From Oscillospiraceae bacterium (GTDB lineage Bacteria; Bacillota; Clostridia; Oscillospirales; Ruminococcaceae), in the NCBI GenBank assembly GCA_018434245.1, contig JAHDPQ010000003.1, positions 10,972 to 74,971 on the forward strand: DNA of 64,000 bases, read 5' to 3'. The notes beneath the pieces are model-generated. The model was given only the letters and a program-made list of their open reading frames with translations. It was not told the origin of the DNA and made no database searches. This document shows, in pieces, positions 27,351-37,696 of the stretch. Numbering within the stretch: position 1 is the first letter of the stretch; the number at the start of each line of letters is the position of its first letter. The position numbers and the translations under genes are program-made.

Positions 27351-27608
27351 TCAGTCCTTGCCCTCGTTCAAATAGCTTTTGACCAGAGCGTGGAGCAACT
27401 CGTCCCGATCGATACGGCGAATCAGGCTCCGGGCATTGCTGTGGGTGGTAATATAGGTGGGGTCCTCCGATAGGATATACCCCACAATCTGATTGATAGG
27501 GTTGTAGCCTTTTTCCCGCAGTGCATCATAGACCTGAGTGAGCAGGTCCTTCATCTGCCGCTCTTTATCCTCGTGGATAGAAAAACTAATGGTCGGTTCC
27601 TGTTGCAT
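27351..27608 (-). CDS. ireB: IreB family regulatory phosphoprotein (UPF0297)
   Basis: [42 protein letters not shown]. Confidence 0.93.
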   Translation of the reverse strand: MQQEPTISFSIHEDKERQMKDLLTQVYDALREKGYNPINQIVGYILSEDPTYITTHSNARSLIRRIDRDELLHALVKSYLNEGKD

Positions 27609-27732
27609 CCAATCACCCCCAAAACTATCTTTTTTTATATCATACAACAGATTTTACCTCTTTGCAAGTCCTGCGGCAATGCCTCTTTTTTCATTATAGG
27701 TCTGTTCCCATAAAACTATTCCCGCCCAAGGC

Positions 27733-27761
27733 TTGACATAGGTTGCATTGTGTGTTAATAT
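27733..27761 (+). promoter_or_regulatory. SigA promoter of the tRNA
   Basis: TTGACA-17 bp-TAATAT. Confidence 0.65.
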
Positions 27762-27788
27762 AAATAAGCGCTTTCGAGAAACACATAT

Positions 27789-27865
<77 letters not shown>

Positions 27866-27867
27866 AC

Positions 27868-27906
27868 AAAGAGTGGTTTAAACCTTAGGTTTAAACCACT
27901 CTTTTT
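27868..27906 (+). terminator. tRNA terminator
   Basis: AAAGAGTGGTTTAAACC-TTA-GGTTTAAACCACTCTTT followed by TT. Confidence 0.8.
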
Positions 27907-28020
27907 ATATGTTCGGTGCAAATTTTTTCTAGCTTTTGGGATGAGCTTTTAGCTTTCCCCTAGTAAGGCAGTAAAACGGCAGGAGGATTCTCGATCATCC
28001 CCCTGCCATTTGATGACACG

Positions 28021-28503
28021 TTATGATTGTGCAAACTCTTTCAGCGTATCGCCGGAAAGCCGGTAGACTGTCCAGTCGCTCATGGGCTGGGCCGACAGGG
28101 ACAGGTAAAAGTCAATGCTGGGCTGGTTCCAATCAAGGCAGGACCATTCCAGCCTGTCGCAGCCCCGCTCCACGGCAATTTGGGCCAGCTTGCGCATCAT
28201 CCCTTTGCCAAACCCTCGGCCCCTGTATTGAGGCTTTACGTACAAATCTTCCAGATAAAGGCCTGCCCGTCCCAAAAAGGTGGAAAAATTGTGAAAAAAC
28301 AGGGCAAAGCCCACCTCTGCGCCATCTATCATTCCAAAAATGACCTCTGCCTTTTTCCGCTGGAACAGCCATTCCTCCAGCAATGCTTCCGTTGCCACCA
28401 CTTGATCCGCCATTTTTTCATAGTCCGCCAAGCTTTTGATCATTTGCAGAATCAGCGGTACATCTTTTGGCTGTGCATATCGAAAGGTTAGATTCTCTTT
28501 CAT
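28021..28503 (-). CDS. GNAT N-acetyltransferase (diamine/spermidine acetyltransferase-like)
   Basis: GFALFFHNFSTFLGRAGLYLEDLYV..YRGRGFGK, EWSCLDWNQPSIDFY. Confidence 0.88.
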   Translation of the reverse strand: MKENLTFRYAQPKDVPLILQMIKSLADYEKMADQVVATEALLEEWLFQRKKAEVIFGMIDGAEVGFALFFHNFSTFLGRAGLYLEDLYVKPQYRGRGFGKGMMRKLAQIAVERGCDRLEWSCLDWNQPSIDFYLSLSAQPMSDWTVYRLSGDTLKEFAQS

Positions 28504-28601
28504 TCCGCTCTCCTTGTCTCTTGATTGAACTATGATACCACAATCACTCCCAGAAGCAAAGCTCCCATGAACACCAAGGTTCACGGGAGCTTTGCTGCGT
28601 T

Positions 28602-29255
28602 TTACTGCTCATCCGCCCTGTGCTTTCCGGTGAGGGAAAACTCTACCCATTCGGCGATGTTGGTGGCGTGATCCCCAATCCGTTCAAAATATTTTGCAAT
28701 CATCAACAGGTCGAGAGCCTGCTCCCCATGCTCGGGATTATTGGCAATCAGGGCAATCAACTCCCCCCGTACCTTATCGAAAAGGGCGTCCACCACATCG
28801 TCGTGGTCGATGGCGGCATAGGCCTGCTCCAAGTCCCGGTTGACATAGGCGCTGATACTTTCCGTCACCATTTTGATGGTGTGCTGGGCCATTTCCTTGA
28901 TAGAAAGGGCGGGCTCCACATGCTGCAAGTTCACATACCGGGTGATCTCGGCAATATCCCGGGCCTGATCCCCGATCCGCTCCATGTCGGTAATCATTTT
29001 CAGGGCGGAGGAAATCTGCCTAAGGTCCCTGGCCACCGGCTGCTGCCGAAGAAGCAGCTTAAGGCAAAGAGCCTCGATCTTCCGCTCCCGGTTGTCGATT
29101 TCGTCGTCGGCCCGAACCGCCTCCTGAGCAAATTTGCCATCCCCTTCAAAAAGGGCCTGAGCGGCGTTTGCAATGGCAGTTTCGCACAGGGCACCCATTT
29201 CGGTCAACTCGTCCCCCAGCTCTCGCAGCTGTTCGTCAAAACTTTTGCGCATCAT
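28602..29255 (-). CDS. phoU: Phosphate signalling protein PhoU
   Basis: [35 protein letters not shown]. Confidence 0.95.
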   Translation of the reverse strand: MMRKSFDEQLRELGDELTEMGALCETAIANAAQALFEGDGKFAQEAVRADDEIDNRERKIEALCLKLLLRQQPVARDLRQISSALKMITDMERIGDQARDIAEITRYVNLQHVEPALSIKEMAQHTIKMVTESISAYVNRDLEQAYAAIDHDDVVDALFDKVRGELIALIANNPEHGEQALDLLMIAKYFERIGDHATNIAEWVEFSLTGKHRADEQ

Positions 29256-30001
29256 CCAAACCTCCCAGTAATGTAATCCTCCGTCCGCGGGTCGGCAGGA
29301 ACGGAAAAGAGGGTTTCCGTATCGGTGTACTCCACGATTTCCCCCATGAGGAAGAAGGCGGTCTGATCGGAAATTCTGGCTGCCTGTTGCATATTATGAG
29401 TCACCATCACAATGGTATACTCCTTTTTGAGCTCCGCCACCAAATCTTCGATCTTCAGGGTGGAGATAGGGTCCAGAGCACTGGTGGGCTCGTCCATCAG
29501 CAGCACCTCGGGACCTGCCGCCAGAGCCCGGGCAATGCAAAGCCTCTGCTGCTGCCCTCCCGAAAGCCCCAGTGCGCTCTTTTTCAGCCGGTCCTTTACC
29601 TCATTCCACAAGGCGGCGGAAATCAGCGACTGCTCCACCAGCTCATCCAGTTTGGCCCGGCTTTTGATTCCATGGGTGCGGGGGCCATAGGCGATGTTGT
29701 CGTAAATGCTCATGGGAAAGGGGTTGGGCTTCTGAAACACCATGCCCACCCGCTTGCGCAGCAGGTTGACGTCCATGTTGCCGTAGATGTCCTCCCCATC
29801 CAGCAGAATCTGCCCTGCAATCCGGCAGCCCTCCACCAGATCGTTCATCCGGTTGATGCTCTTGAGGAGGGTGGACTTCCCGCAGCCGGAAGGTCCAATA
29901 AAGGCCACGATCTGCTTTTCCTCAATGGCGATGGAAATATCCTTGAGGGCGTGAAATTCCCCGTAATATAAATCTAAATTCTTGACCTGAATCTGCTCCA
30001 T
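29252..30001 (-). CDS. pstB: Phosphate ABC transporter ATPase
   Basis: [46 protein letters not shown]. Confidence 0.96.
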   Translation of the reverse strand: MEQIQVKNLDLYYGEFHALKDISIAIEEKQIVAFIGPSGCGKSTLLKSINRMNDLVEGCRIAGQILLDGEDIYGNMDVNLLRKRVGMVFQKPNPFPMSIYDNIAYGPRTHGIKSRAKLDELVEQSLISAALWNEVKDRLKKSALGLSGGQQQRLCIARALAAGPEVLLMDEPTSALDPISTLKIEDLVAELKKEYTIVMVTHNMQQAARISDQTAFFLMGEIVEYTDTETLFSVPADPRTEDYITGRFG

Positions 30002-30858
30002 TACCCTCTGCCTCCCCGGCCGATAAACTTTGCGATCAGTGAGGCGGCGCAGTTGATCAGCACCACCAGAAAAATCAGCACCACACCGGTGGCGTAGCCC
30101 TTATCCATGTGCAGGCCCTCGCTGTAAAGGGCGTACATATGAACCGCCAGAGTCCGCCCTGAGGAAAACATCCCCTCGGGAATGGCCGCCACCGTACCGG
30201 CGGTGTAAATCAGAGCCGCCGTCTCCCCCACAATCCGGCCAATAGCCAGAATCACGCCCGAGACGATGCCGGGCATGGCGGCAGGTACCACAATGCGAAA
30301 GACGGTGCGCAGTTTGCCTGCACCCAGCCCAAAGCTGCCCTCCCGGTAGCTGTCCGGCACCGAGCGCAGTGCCTCCTCGGTGGTGCGCATAATGAGGGGC
30401 AAAATCATAATCCCCAGTGTAAAGGCTCCCGCAATCAGGGAATAGCCCCACTTCAGGGTGGTGACAAAGAACAGCATCCCAAAGAGGCCGTAGACGATGG
30501 AGGGAATCCCCGAAAGAGTTTCGGCTGCAATCCCCACCGCCTTGACCAGCTTGTTCCCCCGCTTGGCGTACTCCACCAGATAGACGGCGGAGAGAATCCC
30601 CACCGGCACGGCCAGCAGCAGCGAAAACAGCGTCATGGTTACGGTGTTGATGAGAGCGGGAAACAAAGAGACGTTCTCCGATGTATAGAGGGGGGAAAAT
30701 AAATCCCAGGAAAGATGGGGCAGACCCTTGATCAACATATAGCCTAAAAGGCAACAAAATATACCCAGAGTAATCATCCCGGCGGCCCAAACCAGAATCC
30801 GTAGCAGCAGAGAAAGGCCATAGCCTCCCCGGGATTTGCGGGACGCCATTGTTTTCAT
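30001..30858 (-). CDS. pstA: Phosphate ABC transporter permease
   Basis: [36 protein letters not shown]. Confidence 0.92.
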   Translation of the reverse strand: MKTMASRKSRGGYGLSLLLRILVWAAGMITLGIFCCLLGYMLIKGLPHLSWDLFSPLYTSENVSLFPALINTVTMTLFSLLLAVPVGILSAVYLVEYAKRGNKLVKAVGIAAETLSGIPSIVYGLFGMLFFVTTLKWGYSLIAGAFTLGIMILPLIMRTTEEALRSVPDSYREGSFGLGAGKLRTVFRIVVPAAMPGIVSGVILAIGRIVGETAALIYTAGTVAAIPEGMFSSGRTLAVHMYALYSEGLHMDKGYATGVVLIFLVVLINCAASLIAKFIGRGGRG

Positions 30859-31706
30859 TCTCTACGCCCCCTTTTCAGCAGGGAAAAGAGCAGGTTGGTC
30901 AGCAGGATAAACACAAACAGCACCACTCCGGTGGCAATTAGAGCCTCCCGGTGGAGGTCGGCGGCATAGCCCATTTCCAGCACAATGTTGGCAGTCAGGG
31001 TCCGCACTCCCCGCAGAAGTCCTGCCGGCAGTCTGGCCTGATTGCCCGCCACCATCACCACCGCCATAGTCTCTCCCACGGCCCGGCCAATGCCCAGCAC
31101 CACGGCGGACAAAATCCCCGATTTGGCGGCGGGAACCACCGCCCGAAATACGCTTTCCTCGTGGGTGGCTCCCATGGCAAGGCTGCCCTCGTAGTAGGAC
31201 TGGGGCACCGCCCGCAGAGAAGCTTCGCTCACCGAGATGATGGTGGGCAATATCATGATCCCCAGCAGCAGGGAGGCAGTGAGAATGCTGCTGCCATTGC
31301 CTCCAAAAAGATTCCGGGTGAGGGGCACCAGCACCATCAGGCCAAAGAATCCGTAGACCACCGAAGGAATCCCCGCCAACAAGCTGACGGCAGGGTATAA
31401 AATCCGGTAGAGGGCAGGAGGACAAAACCGGGCCATGTAGATGGCGGTGAGCACCCCTATGGGCACTCCTACCAAAATGGCCCCTGCCGTGACGTATAGG
31501 CTGCCTAAAATCATGGGCAGAATGCCAAAAATCTCGCCATCGGGTCGCCAAATCGTCCCTGCAAAAAACCGGAAGGGCCCAATCTTTGCAATGGCAGGCA
31601 CACCGCTGATCAGCAAAAACAGGCAGATCAGCAGCACCGCTACAATACATACGCAGGTGGAAATTAAAATTACCACCTGCATGATGGCTTCTTTCTTTTT
31701 TTCCAA
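30855..31706 (-). CDS. pstC: Phosphate ABC transporter permease
   Basis: GIPSVVYGFFG, MILPTII, GRAVGETMAVVMVAGN, TLTANI. Confidence 0.92.
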   Translation of the reverse strand: MEKKKEAIMQVVILISTCVCIVAVLLICLFLLISGVPAIAKIGPFRFFAGTIWRPDGEIFGILPMILGSLYVTAGAILVGVPIGVLTAIYMARFCPPALYRILYPAVSLLAGIPSVVYGFFGLMVLVPLTRNLFGGNGSSILTASLLLGIMILPTIISVSEASLRAVPQSYYEGSLAMGATHEESVFRAVVPAAKSGILSAVVLGIGRAVGETMAVVMVAGNQARLPAGLLRGVRTLTANIVLEMGYAADLHREALIATGVVLFVFILLTNLLFSLLKRGRRE

Positions 31707-31791
31707 GCTTTGTCCTCCCTACGATGACACAATCCCTCTATGCCGTTGTGTGACGATTGCTATCGGTTTAACTCAAGAGCACCCTCTGCCT

Positions 31792-32655
31792 TCACCCCTG
31801 CACCTGACTCCAAAACAGAGTGCTACCCCGGAACAAATCGCCAGCCTGCCGGGCGGTAATCCCTGTTAGGGGATTGTCGTTGTGAACAATGATAGCAATG
31901 CCGTCCAAGGCAATAACGGTGGATTTCAGTCCCTTTTGGCTTTCGCTTTCTTTGAGACTGCGGGAGGCCATTCCAATATGGCTAATCCCCTCGGCCACGG
32001 TGTTGACGCCGGTGGTAGAGTCGCTCTGTTGAATTTCAATGGCTGCCCCGTGGTTTTGCTTCCCATAGGCTTCCGCCAGCTTTTCCATCACCGGGGTGAC
32101 GGAGGAGGAGCCGGATACCGCCAATCTACCCTGAGGTTGGGGGGCCGCCGGAGCAAAAGCTTGTCCTTCCAGAGCGGACACGTAGCCGTTTGCTTCCACC
32201 ACCGCCTGCCCCTGGTCGCTGAGGATAAAGCGGATAAAATCCTGAGCCAAGGGGGTGAGAGCGTCGCCAGTGACGATGTTGAAGGGCCGCGCTACCGGAT
32301 AGGTTCCCTCTTTGACGCTTTGTATGGTGGGGGATACGCCGTCTATGGCAAGAGCCTTGACGTTCTCGGACAAGGAGCCCAAAGAAACGTACCCCACTGC
32401 GTTTGGATCCCCCGACACCAGAGTGAGCATCACCGAGGTGCTGTTGGTGATCACCGCTTCCAGTGTGGTTTGGTCTATCTTTTCCCCGTTTTCATCCGGA
32501 CCCTGAATGCCCAGCAGTTCCACAAAGGCCCCCCGGGTTCCCGAGCCGTCCTCCCGGGAGATGACGTTGACAAGATCCTTCGGTTCCCGGTCGCATCCTG
32601 TTATCCCTACCAGCAGCAGCACCGCTGCCGTCAAAATCCATAGCCTTTGTTTCAT
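31792..32655 (-). CDS. pstS: Phosphate-binding lipoprotein
   Basis: Lipobox ITGC, SREDGSGTRGAF, GSSSV, QSDSTTG, ALDGIA; ATG at 32655 after GGGGAGG. Confidence 0.92.
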   Translation of the reverse strand: MKQRLWILTAAVLLLVGITGCDREPKDLVNVISREDGSGTRGAFVELLGIQGPDENGEKIDQTTLEAVITNSTSVMLTLVSGDPNAVGYVSLGSLSENVKALAIDGVSPTIQSVKEGTYPVARPFNIVTGDALTPLAQDFIRFILSDQGQAVVEANGYVSALEGQAFAPAAPQPQGRLAVSGSSSVTPVMEKLAEAYGKQNHGAAIEIQQSDSTTGVNTVAEGISHIGMASRSLKESESQKGLKSTVIALDGIAIIVHNDNPLTGITARQAGDLFRGSTLFWSQVQG

Positions 32656-32675
32656 GAAACCTCCCCTATGCTGAT

Positions 32676-33527
32676 TCAATTGCTGTTAAAGCCGTCGCCA
32701 AAGATTTGATGGCCTTCGGTGACGATTAAAAAGGCGTTGGGGTCGATGCTTTCGATAATGCCCCGCAAGGCGCTCACCTGCCCCCGCTTGACAGCACAGA
32801 CCACTACTTTTTTGGGACTCAGGGTGTAGCCGCCCTGTGCCTCCAAATAGGTGATGCCCCGGCCCAGCTGTTCCTGCAGAGCGTCCCCGATTTCCCGATA
32901 TCGGTCGGAGATGATATAGGTAAGGGTGGCGATATCAAAGCCGTAGAGGATAGCATTCATCACCTTGCCGCAAAGGGTGAGCCCGATGAGGGCGTAGACC
33001 ACAAGGGAAAAGTCCCGGAACACAATGGAGGACAGGCAGACAATGGCTCCGTCCACCACCATGACAATCTGCCCCATTTTCAGGTGAGGGCGGGCCACCT
33101 GCAACAGCTTGCTGACAATATCGGTGCCGCCGGTGGTGGCCCCCATCCGCAGGATAAAGCCAAGGCCTGCACCAATTAGCACCCCTCCACAGACTGCCGC
33201 CAACATCGGGTCCCCCACCGGTGTGGGCATCCACGCCGTCAGGTCGATGAGCAGGGAGGACAAAACGGTGGCGATAGCCGTGCCGATGATAAAATTGGCC
33301 CCCAGTTTGAGGAAGGCCAGGATCAGCAGGGGAACGTTCATGAGGATGATGGAGATACCTGCCGGGAATCCGGTGAGGTGGCCGATGACCATGGCAAGAC
33401 CGCTAACTCCGCCGGGAGATATTTTAAAGGGGTCCAGAAACAGATTGTAGGCCAGAGCATACAACAAACAGCCCACGGCAATCAGTCCAACCTGCCGGAT
33501 TATTTTCCTTCTTGCAGCGGTAGCCAT
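32676..33527 (-). CDS. YitT family membrane protein (DUF2179 C-terminus)
   Basis: GGVSG, NVPL, TTGGTDI, GITYL..GGY, IDPNAFL. Confidence 0.88.
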   Translation of the reverse strand: MATAARRKIIRQVGLIAVGCLLYALAYNLFLDPFKISPGGVSGLAMVIGHLTGFPAGISIILMNVPLLILAFLKLGANFIIGTAIATVLSSLLIDLTAWMPTPVGDPMLAAVCGGVLIGAGLGFILRMGATTGGTDIVSKLLQVARPHLKMGQIVMVVDGAIVCLSSIVFRDFSLVVYALIGLTLCGKVMNAILYGFDIATLTYIISDRYREIGDALQEQLGRGITYLEAQGGYTLSPKKVVVCAVKRGQVSALRGIIESIDPNAFLIVTEGHQIFGDGFNSN

Positions 33528-33765
33528 CTTCGGGAACCTCCTTCTTTTCCAAAACATCCCATTATAGCCTACACTCCAATGACTCTCCTGTCAATATCTT
33601 GTCCCATAATGTTCCGGTCTTGCAAAACAGAACTACCCATCCTTTTTTATTATTTCTGAGAGAATGTACCGATTGTATTCCTAACTAGAATTTAGATTTG
33701 ATTATAAAAGCCGACCAAAGGCATCCGGCTACCGAATTTCCAAAAATTACTATACCCATTCACAC

Positions 33766-34926
33766 TCACGGCCGGAGAAGGTAAAGGAGTAGCAGCAGAG
33801 TCTTGGGCAACGCCCCCGGCAAGGGCGGGTCCTTGTGGAGCTTTGCCAGAAATTCAGCAGGGTTTTGTTGCTGCAGCAACCCCGCTCCATAGGCTACTAT
33901 AGCGGAAGTTTTTGCTCCATTCTGAGCCAGATGGCGGTTGAGATAGTGGCTTGCGTTTTCCAGAGCGGCTTTGCGGCCTGTGGGCCCATCGGGGGAAGTG
34001 TAGATGGCGTCCAGCATCAGCGCCATCAGCTCCTTGCGCAGGGGCAGCGGCAGCGTAAGCAGCATGTCGGTCAGCCCATGGACCAGATGGCAGAGGGGGC
34101 TTTTGTTCCCGTCGGCATCGAGAACCATCTCTCCGGCTTCGTCGGTCTCAAACATAAAGTTGGAGTGGGGATACATCACATCTGCGATGGTTGGGTTCTC
34201 CTGGGCGGTGGGATCGAACCGGGAGGCGACAATCTGAGCCTCGGCCGGGTGGTCCAGCAGGGAGGAAACAATGTCGTACCGATTTTGAAAGAGGATCAGC
34301 CGCTCCCCCAGCTCCCCGATGGGAGTTTGGTATTGCTTTAAAAACTCCTTGCAAAATCCGGGAGCGTTAAAGGTAACGGCGCTCTGAACTCTTGAGCGTA
34401 CCGAGTCGGGGGCGGCCATGGCTGCATAGGCCGCCAGATTCCCACCCAGTGAGTGTCCGGTTACCCAAATTTGTCCCGGCCGGTGGCCGTACAGGCTCCA
34501 GTAGCGGTCCACCATGGCCTGCTGGGGTGTCTTGCCGCAGAGGATCAGGGAAAAATCGGTGACGTAATCGTTTTTAAAGTTAGGGTTACCCAGCATTTCA
34601 CTACCCCGAAAGGCCACCACCCGCTCCCCTTGGGGGGAGAGATAGGTGCAGCCATAGAATCCTGTTTGCTGGGGAGCGTTGTCGTCCAGCACATCGGTGA
34701 TCTGCCAGTCCAGCAGCTCCTTTGGTGCCGACTCCAGCATCCCCTTCCACAGCTCGTATTCCCTTGGGGTGTTGCCAAAGCGCTTTTCCAGCAGCCGCTG
34801 CCCCGCCTGAGTGTGAAGGTAAAAGTTTACAGTATCTCCCACCGTTGTGATTTTGCCCTGCCGTGGCGGCAGGTTGAGATACACAAGCTGCGAAAAAAAA
34901 TGAATGGCATCGGTTGTCACTCTCAT
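33766..34926 (-). CDS. DUF2974/Mbeg1-like alpha/beta hydrolase (lipase-like)
   Basis: VVAFRGSE, nucleophile elbow GHSLGGNLA, FNAPG, DIVS, conserved His in PHSN. Confidence 0.75.
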   Translation of the reverse strand: MRVTTDAIHFFSQLVYLNLPPRQGKITTVGDTVNFYLHTQAGQRLLEKRFGNTPREYELWKGMLESAPKELLDWQITDVLDDNAPQQTGFYGCTYLSPQGERVVAFRGSEMLGNPNFKNDYVTDFSLILCGKTPQQAMVDRYWSLYGHRPGQIWVTGHSLGGNLAAYAAMAAPDSVRSRVQSAVTFNAPGFCKEFLKQYQTPIGELGERLILFQNRYDIVSSLLDHPAEAQIVASRFDPTAQENPTIADVMYPHSNFMFETDEAGEMVLDADGNKSPLCHLVHGLTDMLLTLPLPLRKELMALMLDAIYTSPDGPTGRKAALENASHYLNRHLAQNGAKTSAIVAYGAGLLQQQNPAEFLAKLHKDPPLPGALPKTLLLLLYLLRP

Positions 34927-34988
34927 CCCTCCTTTGTATCTATGCCAGTTTATGCAAAGATGCAAAAAAGGGGATTCATCTTGTGGGG

Positions 34989-35020
34989 AAAAGAAGAAAA
35001 GCCGCCCTAAAGCAGCTTTT
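34989..35020 (-). terminator. Terminator downstream of sigG
   Basis: Minus strand AAAAGCTGC-6 nt-GCGGCTTTT followed by CTTCTTTT. Confidence 0.6.
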
Positions 35021-35077
35021 CGTAAATTTACTCTGTCAGCGGGTGCCTACTGCCGGGCAGGACTGCAACCTCCACCG

Positions 35078-35845
35078 TTAAATCTGCTTTTTGATGCGGG
35101 TGAGGGCCGCCTTTTCCAGACGGGAAACCTGCGCCTGAGAAATCCCTACCTCTTTGGCTACCTCCATCTGGGTTTTTCCCACAAAAAACCGCAGGGAAAG
35201 AATCTTCTTTTCCCTTTCCCCCAGATTTTCGATGGCTTCCTTGAGGGCGATTTCGTCCAGCCAGTCCTTGTCGCTCTGCTTATCCCCCACCTGATCCATG
35301 ACGAAGATAGTGTCGCCGCCGTCGTTATAGGCGGGCTCGTAAAGGGAGATGGGCTCTACAATGGCTTCCAGAGCCATCACCACATCCTCTTTTTTCATCC
35401 CCATCTCTTTGGCGATTTCCTCCACGGTGGGCTCCCGATCACTTTGGGCCGTCAACCACTCCTTGATCTGCATGGCTTTGTACGCCGTATCCCGCAGGGA
35501 ACGGGACACCCGGATGGAGTTGTTGTCCCGCAGATAGCGTCGAATCTCCCCGATGATCATGGGAACGGCATAGGTGGAAAACCGAACGTTGAGTCCGGTA
35601 TCGAAGTTATCGATGGACTTAATCAGTCCAATGCAGCCAACCTGAAACAAATCGTCTAGGTTTTCTCCCCGGTTGGTAAACTTCTGCACCACCGAAAGCA
35701 CCAGTCTCAGGTTGCCGTTTACTAGCTGCGTGCGGGCCTCCATGTCTCCTTGTTTGATTCTGTGGAGCAGCTCCAGTTTCTCGCTTTCTTTGAGCACTTT
35801 GAGCTTGGACGTATTCACGCCGCATATCTCAACCTTGTTGATCAT
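35078..35845 (-). CDS. sigG: Forespore sigma factor SigG
   Basis: MINKVEICGVNTSKLKVL, GNLRLVLSV, DDLFQVGCIGL, FSTYAVPMIIGEIRRYLRDNN, GKTQMEVA..GISQAQVSRLEK; ATG at 35845 after GGAGGAG. Confidence 0.95.
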   Translation of the reverse strand: MINKVEICGVNTSKLKVLKESEKLELLHRIKQGDMEARTQLVNGNLRLVLSVVQKFTNRGENLDDLFQVGCIGLIKSIDNFDTGLNVRFSTYAVPMIIGEIRRYLRDNNSIRVSRSLRDTAYKAMQIKEWLTAQSDREPTVEEIAKEMGMKKEDVVMALEAIVEPISLYEPAYNDGGDTIFVMDQVGDKQSDKDWLDEIALKEAIENLGEREKKILSLRFFVGKTQMEVAKEVGISQAQVSRLEKAALTRIKKQI

Positions 35846-36020
35846 GCAAACTCCTCCCATTGGCCAATCTATTCGATCAAAGTATTGGCCCGGGAGAATT
35901 GACTGATTCATTACTGGGACTGGGAATTTTTTACGGTTCCCTTTTTTGCGAATGCGAAGCTCATTAATACGATAAAAAAACAGCGGAAACCGGATTGAAA
36001 TCCGATTTCCGCCTGTTTTA

Positions 36021-36896
36021 TCAGCCAACCGAAATATCGATGAAAAATTCTTGGGTGCTTTGAGGTGCCAGAGCTGTCATGGCGTGCTTATTTTCCAGAG
36101 CACCGATACCGCCCTCCCTCCCGGGAGTGCTGCTCCATGGTTCGATGCAGACAAAGGGCGCCCCGGCAAAGGGCCTCCACAAAACGCAGTAGTCAAAGCC
36201 GCGAAAGGCCACGGCGGTTCTGCTCCCGGTTTTGAGGTTCCCAAGGGATACCTCATGTCCCTCAGGCCGGTGATGGCACTGGAGCAGCAAAGAGCTGGAA
36301 TCCAGCCCATCCAGAGATATGCCCTTTTTGTGGTCAAAGGGAGCCGTCTGTCCGCTGAGCATCCCATCTTTTAGAAAAAGCTGGGTAAAGGATGATTCCA
36401 GCGAAAATCTAAGACGGACATCCTGCTCCGATTCCTCCTCCAACACCGGCACCCGGTAGGTGTAGTGGCTGCCCACCCCAAAGAGCATGGACTCATAGGC
36501 AGAAAGGTTTTCCACCCGATAAGTAACATGGAGCCCCCCCTCCCCCAGCCGGTAACGAATCTGAAAAGAGTAGAAAAAGGGATACATCACTAGAGTTTCG
36601 GGAGTGTAGCGGTGCTCCAGCCAAACCTCCTGAGGCGTTTGCAGAGTCACCTCAAAGAGCTGATCCCGCAAAAAGCCGTGCATGGGCATCTGGTAAGTTA
36701 TTCCCTCATAGGTGTAGGTCTGCCCCGGAATCCCTCCACAGATAGGAAAGCAAACGGAGGTTCGGCGAGACCAGACCGCCGGGTCGTAGGGCCAGTAATG
36801 ACTGCCGCCTCTTCTTTTATCAGCGATTTCTTCAATATGCCCTCCGGCGGTGCTGATCACCACCCGGAGGGCAACGTTTTCCATTACAATCTCCAT
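36021..36896 (-). CDS. Aldose 1-epimerase family protein (LacX-like)
   Basis: FPICG, HGFLR, YPF, GSHYTY, PFVCIEPW. Confidence 0.82.
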   Translation of the reverse strand: MEIVMENVALRVVISTAGGHIEEIADKRRGGSHYWPYDPAVWSRRTSVCFPICGGIPGQTYTYEGITYQMPMHGFLRDQLFEVTLQTPQEVWLEHRYTPETLVMYPFFYSFQIRYRLGEGGLHVTYRVENLSAYESMLFGVGSHYTYRVPVLEEESEQDVRLRFSLESSFTQLFLKDGMLSGQTAPFDHKKGISLDGLDSSSLLLQCHHRPEGHEVSLGNLKTGSRTAVAFRGFDYCVLWRPFAGAPFVCIEPWSSTPGREGGIGALENKHAMTALAPQSTQEFFIDISVG

Positions 36897-36942
36897 CTAA
36901 GCTCCCTTGGCCTGCCCCACAGGACTGTGGGCAACGACCAAA

Positions 36943-37683
36943 CTAAATCGCAAACAAGCCGGAGGCAGATGCGTCATCCAGGAACAGGTTCCAGTTGGGA
37001 TGGGTTTTGAGGATGGTGGCAGGGATCATGGGATCCACCGCGGTAGTCAGGGTACTCCGCACCGCCTCGGCCTTGGCTGCATGAGGCACCGAGGAGACAA
37101 TGTGCTCGCAGGCAAGAATCTGCTTAACGCACATGGTAATGGCCTGCTTGGGCACGTCGTCGATGGTGGCGAACCAACCTTCGCCTACCTGCTGCTGCTT
37201 GCAGCGGTCGTCCAGATTCACCACCATGTAGGCAGCGTCGGTGTCAAAGTTAGCGGGGGGATCGTTAAAGGCGATGTGGGCATTTTCGCCAATGCCAATG
37301 ACGCCTACATCCACAGGTGCGCGGCGCAGCTCCTCTGTGAGAGCGCGGATGTTGGCTTCCACATCCCCTTCACCGTCTACAAAGTGAGCGGCCTTGAGGG
37401 AAAGCTTGGAGACAAAGCGCTCCTTGAGGTACTTGCGGAAGCTGGCAATATGGCTTTCCGGCAGGTCCACATACTCGTCCAGATGGAACATCTCCACCTT
37501 ATCCCAGGGTACATCAGCCTTGAGCAGGGCATCGATGGTCTCAAACTGGGAAGCACCGGTGGAGAGAATGATTCTGGCGGAACCCTTTTTCTCCACAGCG
37601 CCGCGCAGAAGCTCTGCAATTTTGTCGGCCGCTGTTTGTCCCAGCTGCTGGGGAGTCGGGGATACAGAAATGGTAAAGTTCAT
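36943..37683 (-). CDS. nagB: Glucosamine-6-phosphate deaminase-like protein
   Basis: LSTGASQ, FHLDEYV, GIGENAHIAFNDPP, AITM, PATILKTH. Confidence 0.75.
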   Translation of the reverse strand: MNFTISVSPTPQQLGQTAADKIAELLRGAVEKKGSARIILSTGASQFETIDALLKADVPWDKVEMFHLDEYVDLPESHIASFRKYLKERFVSKLSLKAAHFVDGEGDVEANIRALTEELRRAPVDVGVIGIGENAHIAFNDPPANFDTDAAYMVVNLDDRCKQQQVGEGWFATIDDVPKQAITMCVKQILACEHIVSSVPHAAKAEAVRSTLTTAVDPMIPATILKTHPNWNLFLDDASASGLFAI

Positions 37684-37696
37684 AAAGTACACACTC

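Noticed and set aside
27866-28020. Integrated element at the tRNA-Met 3' end
   Set aside because: No integrase, no duplicated tRNA 3' end elsewhere in the window, and ordinary genes follow
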